A stretch of 64,000 nt of DNA from Octopus sinensis (Eukaryota). The stretch lies in contig NC_042997.1 in the NCBI RefSeq assembly GCF_006345805.1, positions 204,662,001-204,726,000 on the forward strand, read 5' to 3'. Positions 63,912 to 64,000 of the stretch are shown here, piece by piece; the first letter of the stretch is position 1, and each line of letters opens with the position of its first letter. Made by a program: the position numbers and the translations under genes. The notes below the pieces were generated by a model. It searched no databases. It was not told the DNA's origin and was given only the letters and a program-made list of their open reading frames with translations.

Positions 63912-64000
63912 CTGTTAAAATATATTTACAATAAACACCACTGGTTTGTAGTTCAAAGCACAGTTTGTATGGATATATATATATATATATAAACAATATT

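Overview
AT-rich, microsatellite-dense animal genomic DNA. The repeat families and TA/CA/ATG/TAA microsatellite load point to a coleoid cephalopod, most likely Octopus (inference). (1) A minus-strand multi-exon gene enters from beyond 64000. Ten exons (63911-63806, 61477-61331, 58319-58218, 56007-55819, 53571-53279, 52269-52161, 48708-48618, 40687-40659, 39525-39460, 39073-38927) join with fully consistent splice phases into about 425 aa. This is an unrecognised coiled-coil protein with a poly-Gly insert and a poly-Pro tail. (2) Scattered weak exon candidates suggest a second minus-strand gene between about 35.4 kb and 3.7 kb. (3) The window holds many decayed mobile elements: CR1, RTE, HERO, two R4/Dong, CRE, a Neptune-type Penelope, a Gypsy gag relic, maT/mariner elements, hAT MITEs, Helitrons and at least three tRNA-SINE families. 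The most notable signal is a set of type I hammerhead-ribozyme-like motifs in five unrelated Penelope-type repeat families. The clearest is an ~870-bp palindrome (9436-10304) carrying two complete hammerheads with an unusually long stem II. A SINE family also shares a covarying 3' hairpin with the local CR1 LINE. No rRNA, bona fide tRNA or CRISPR array was found. All family assignments come from motif recognition, not database searches.
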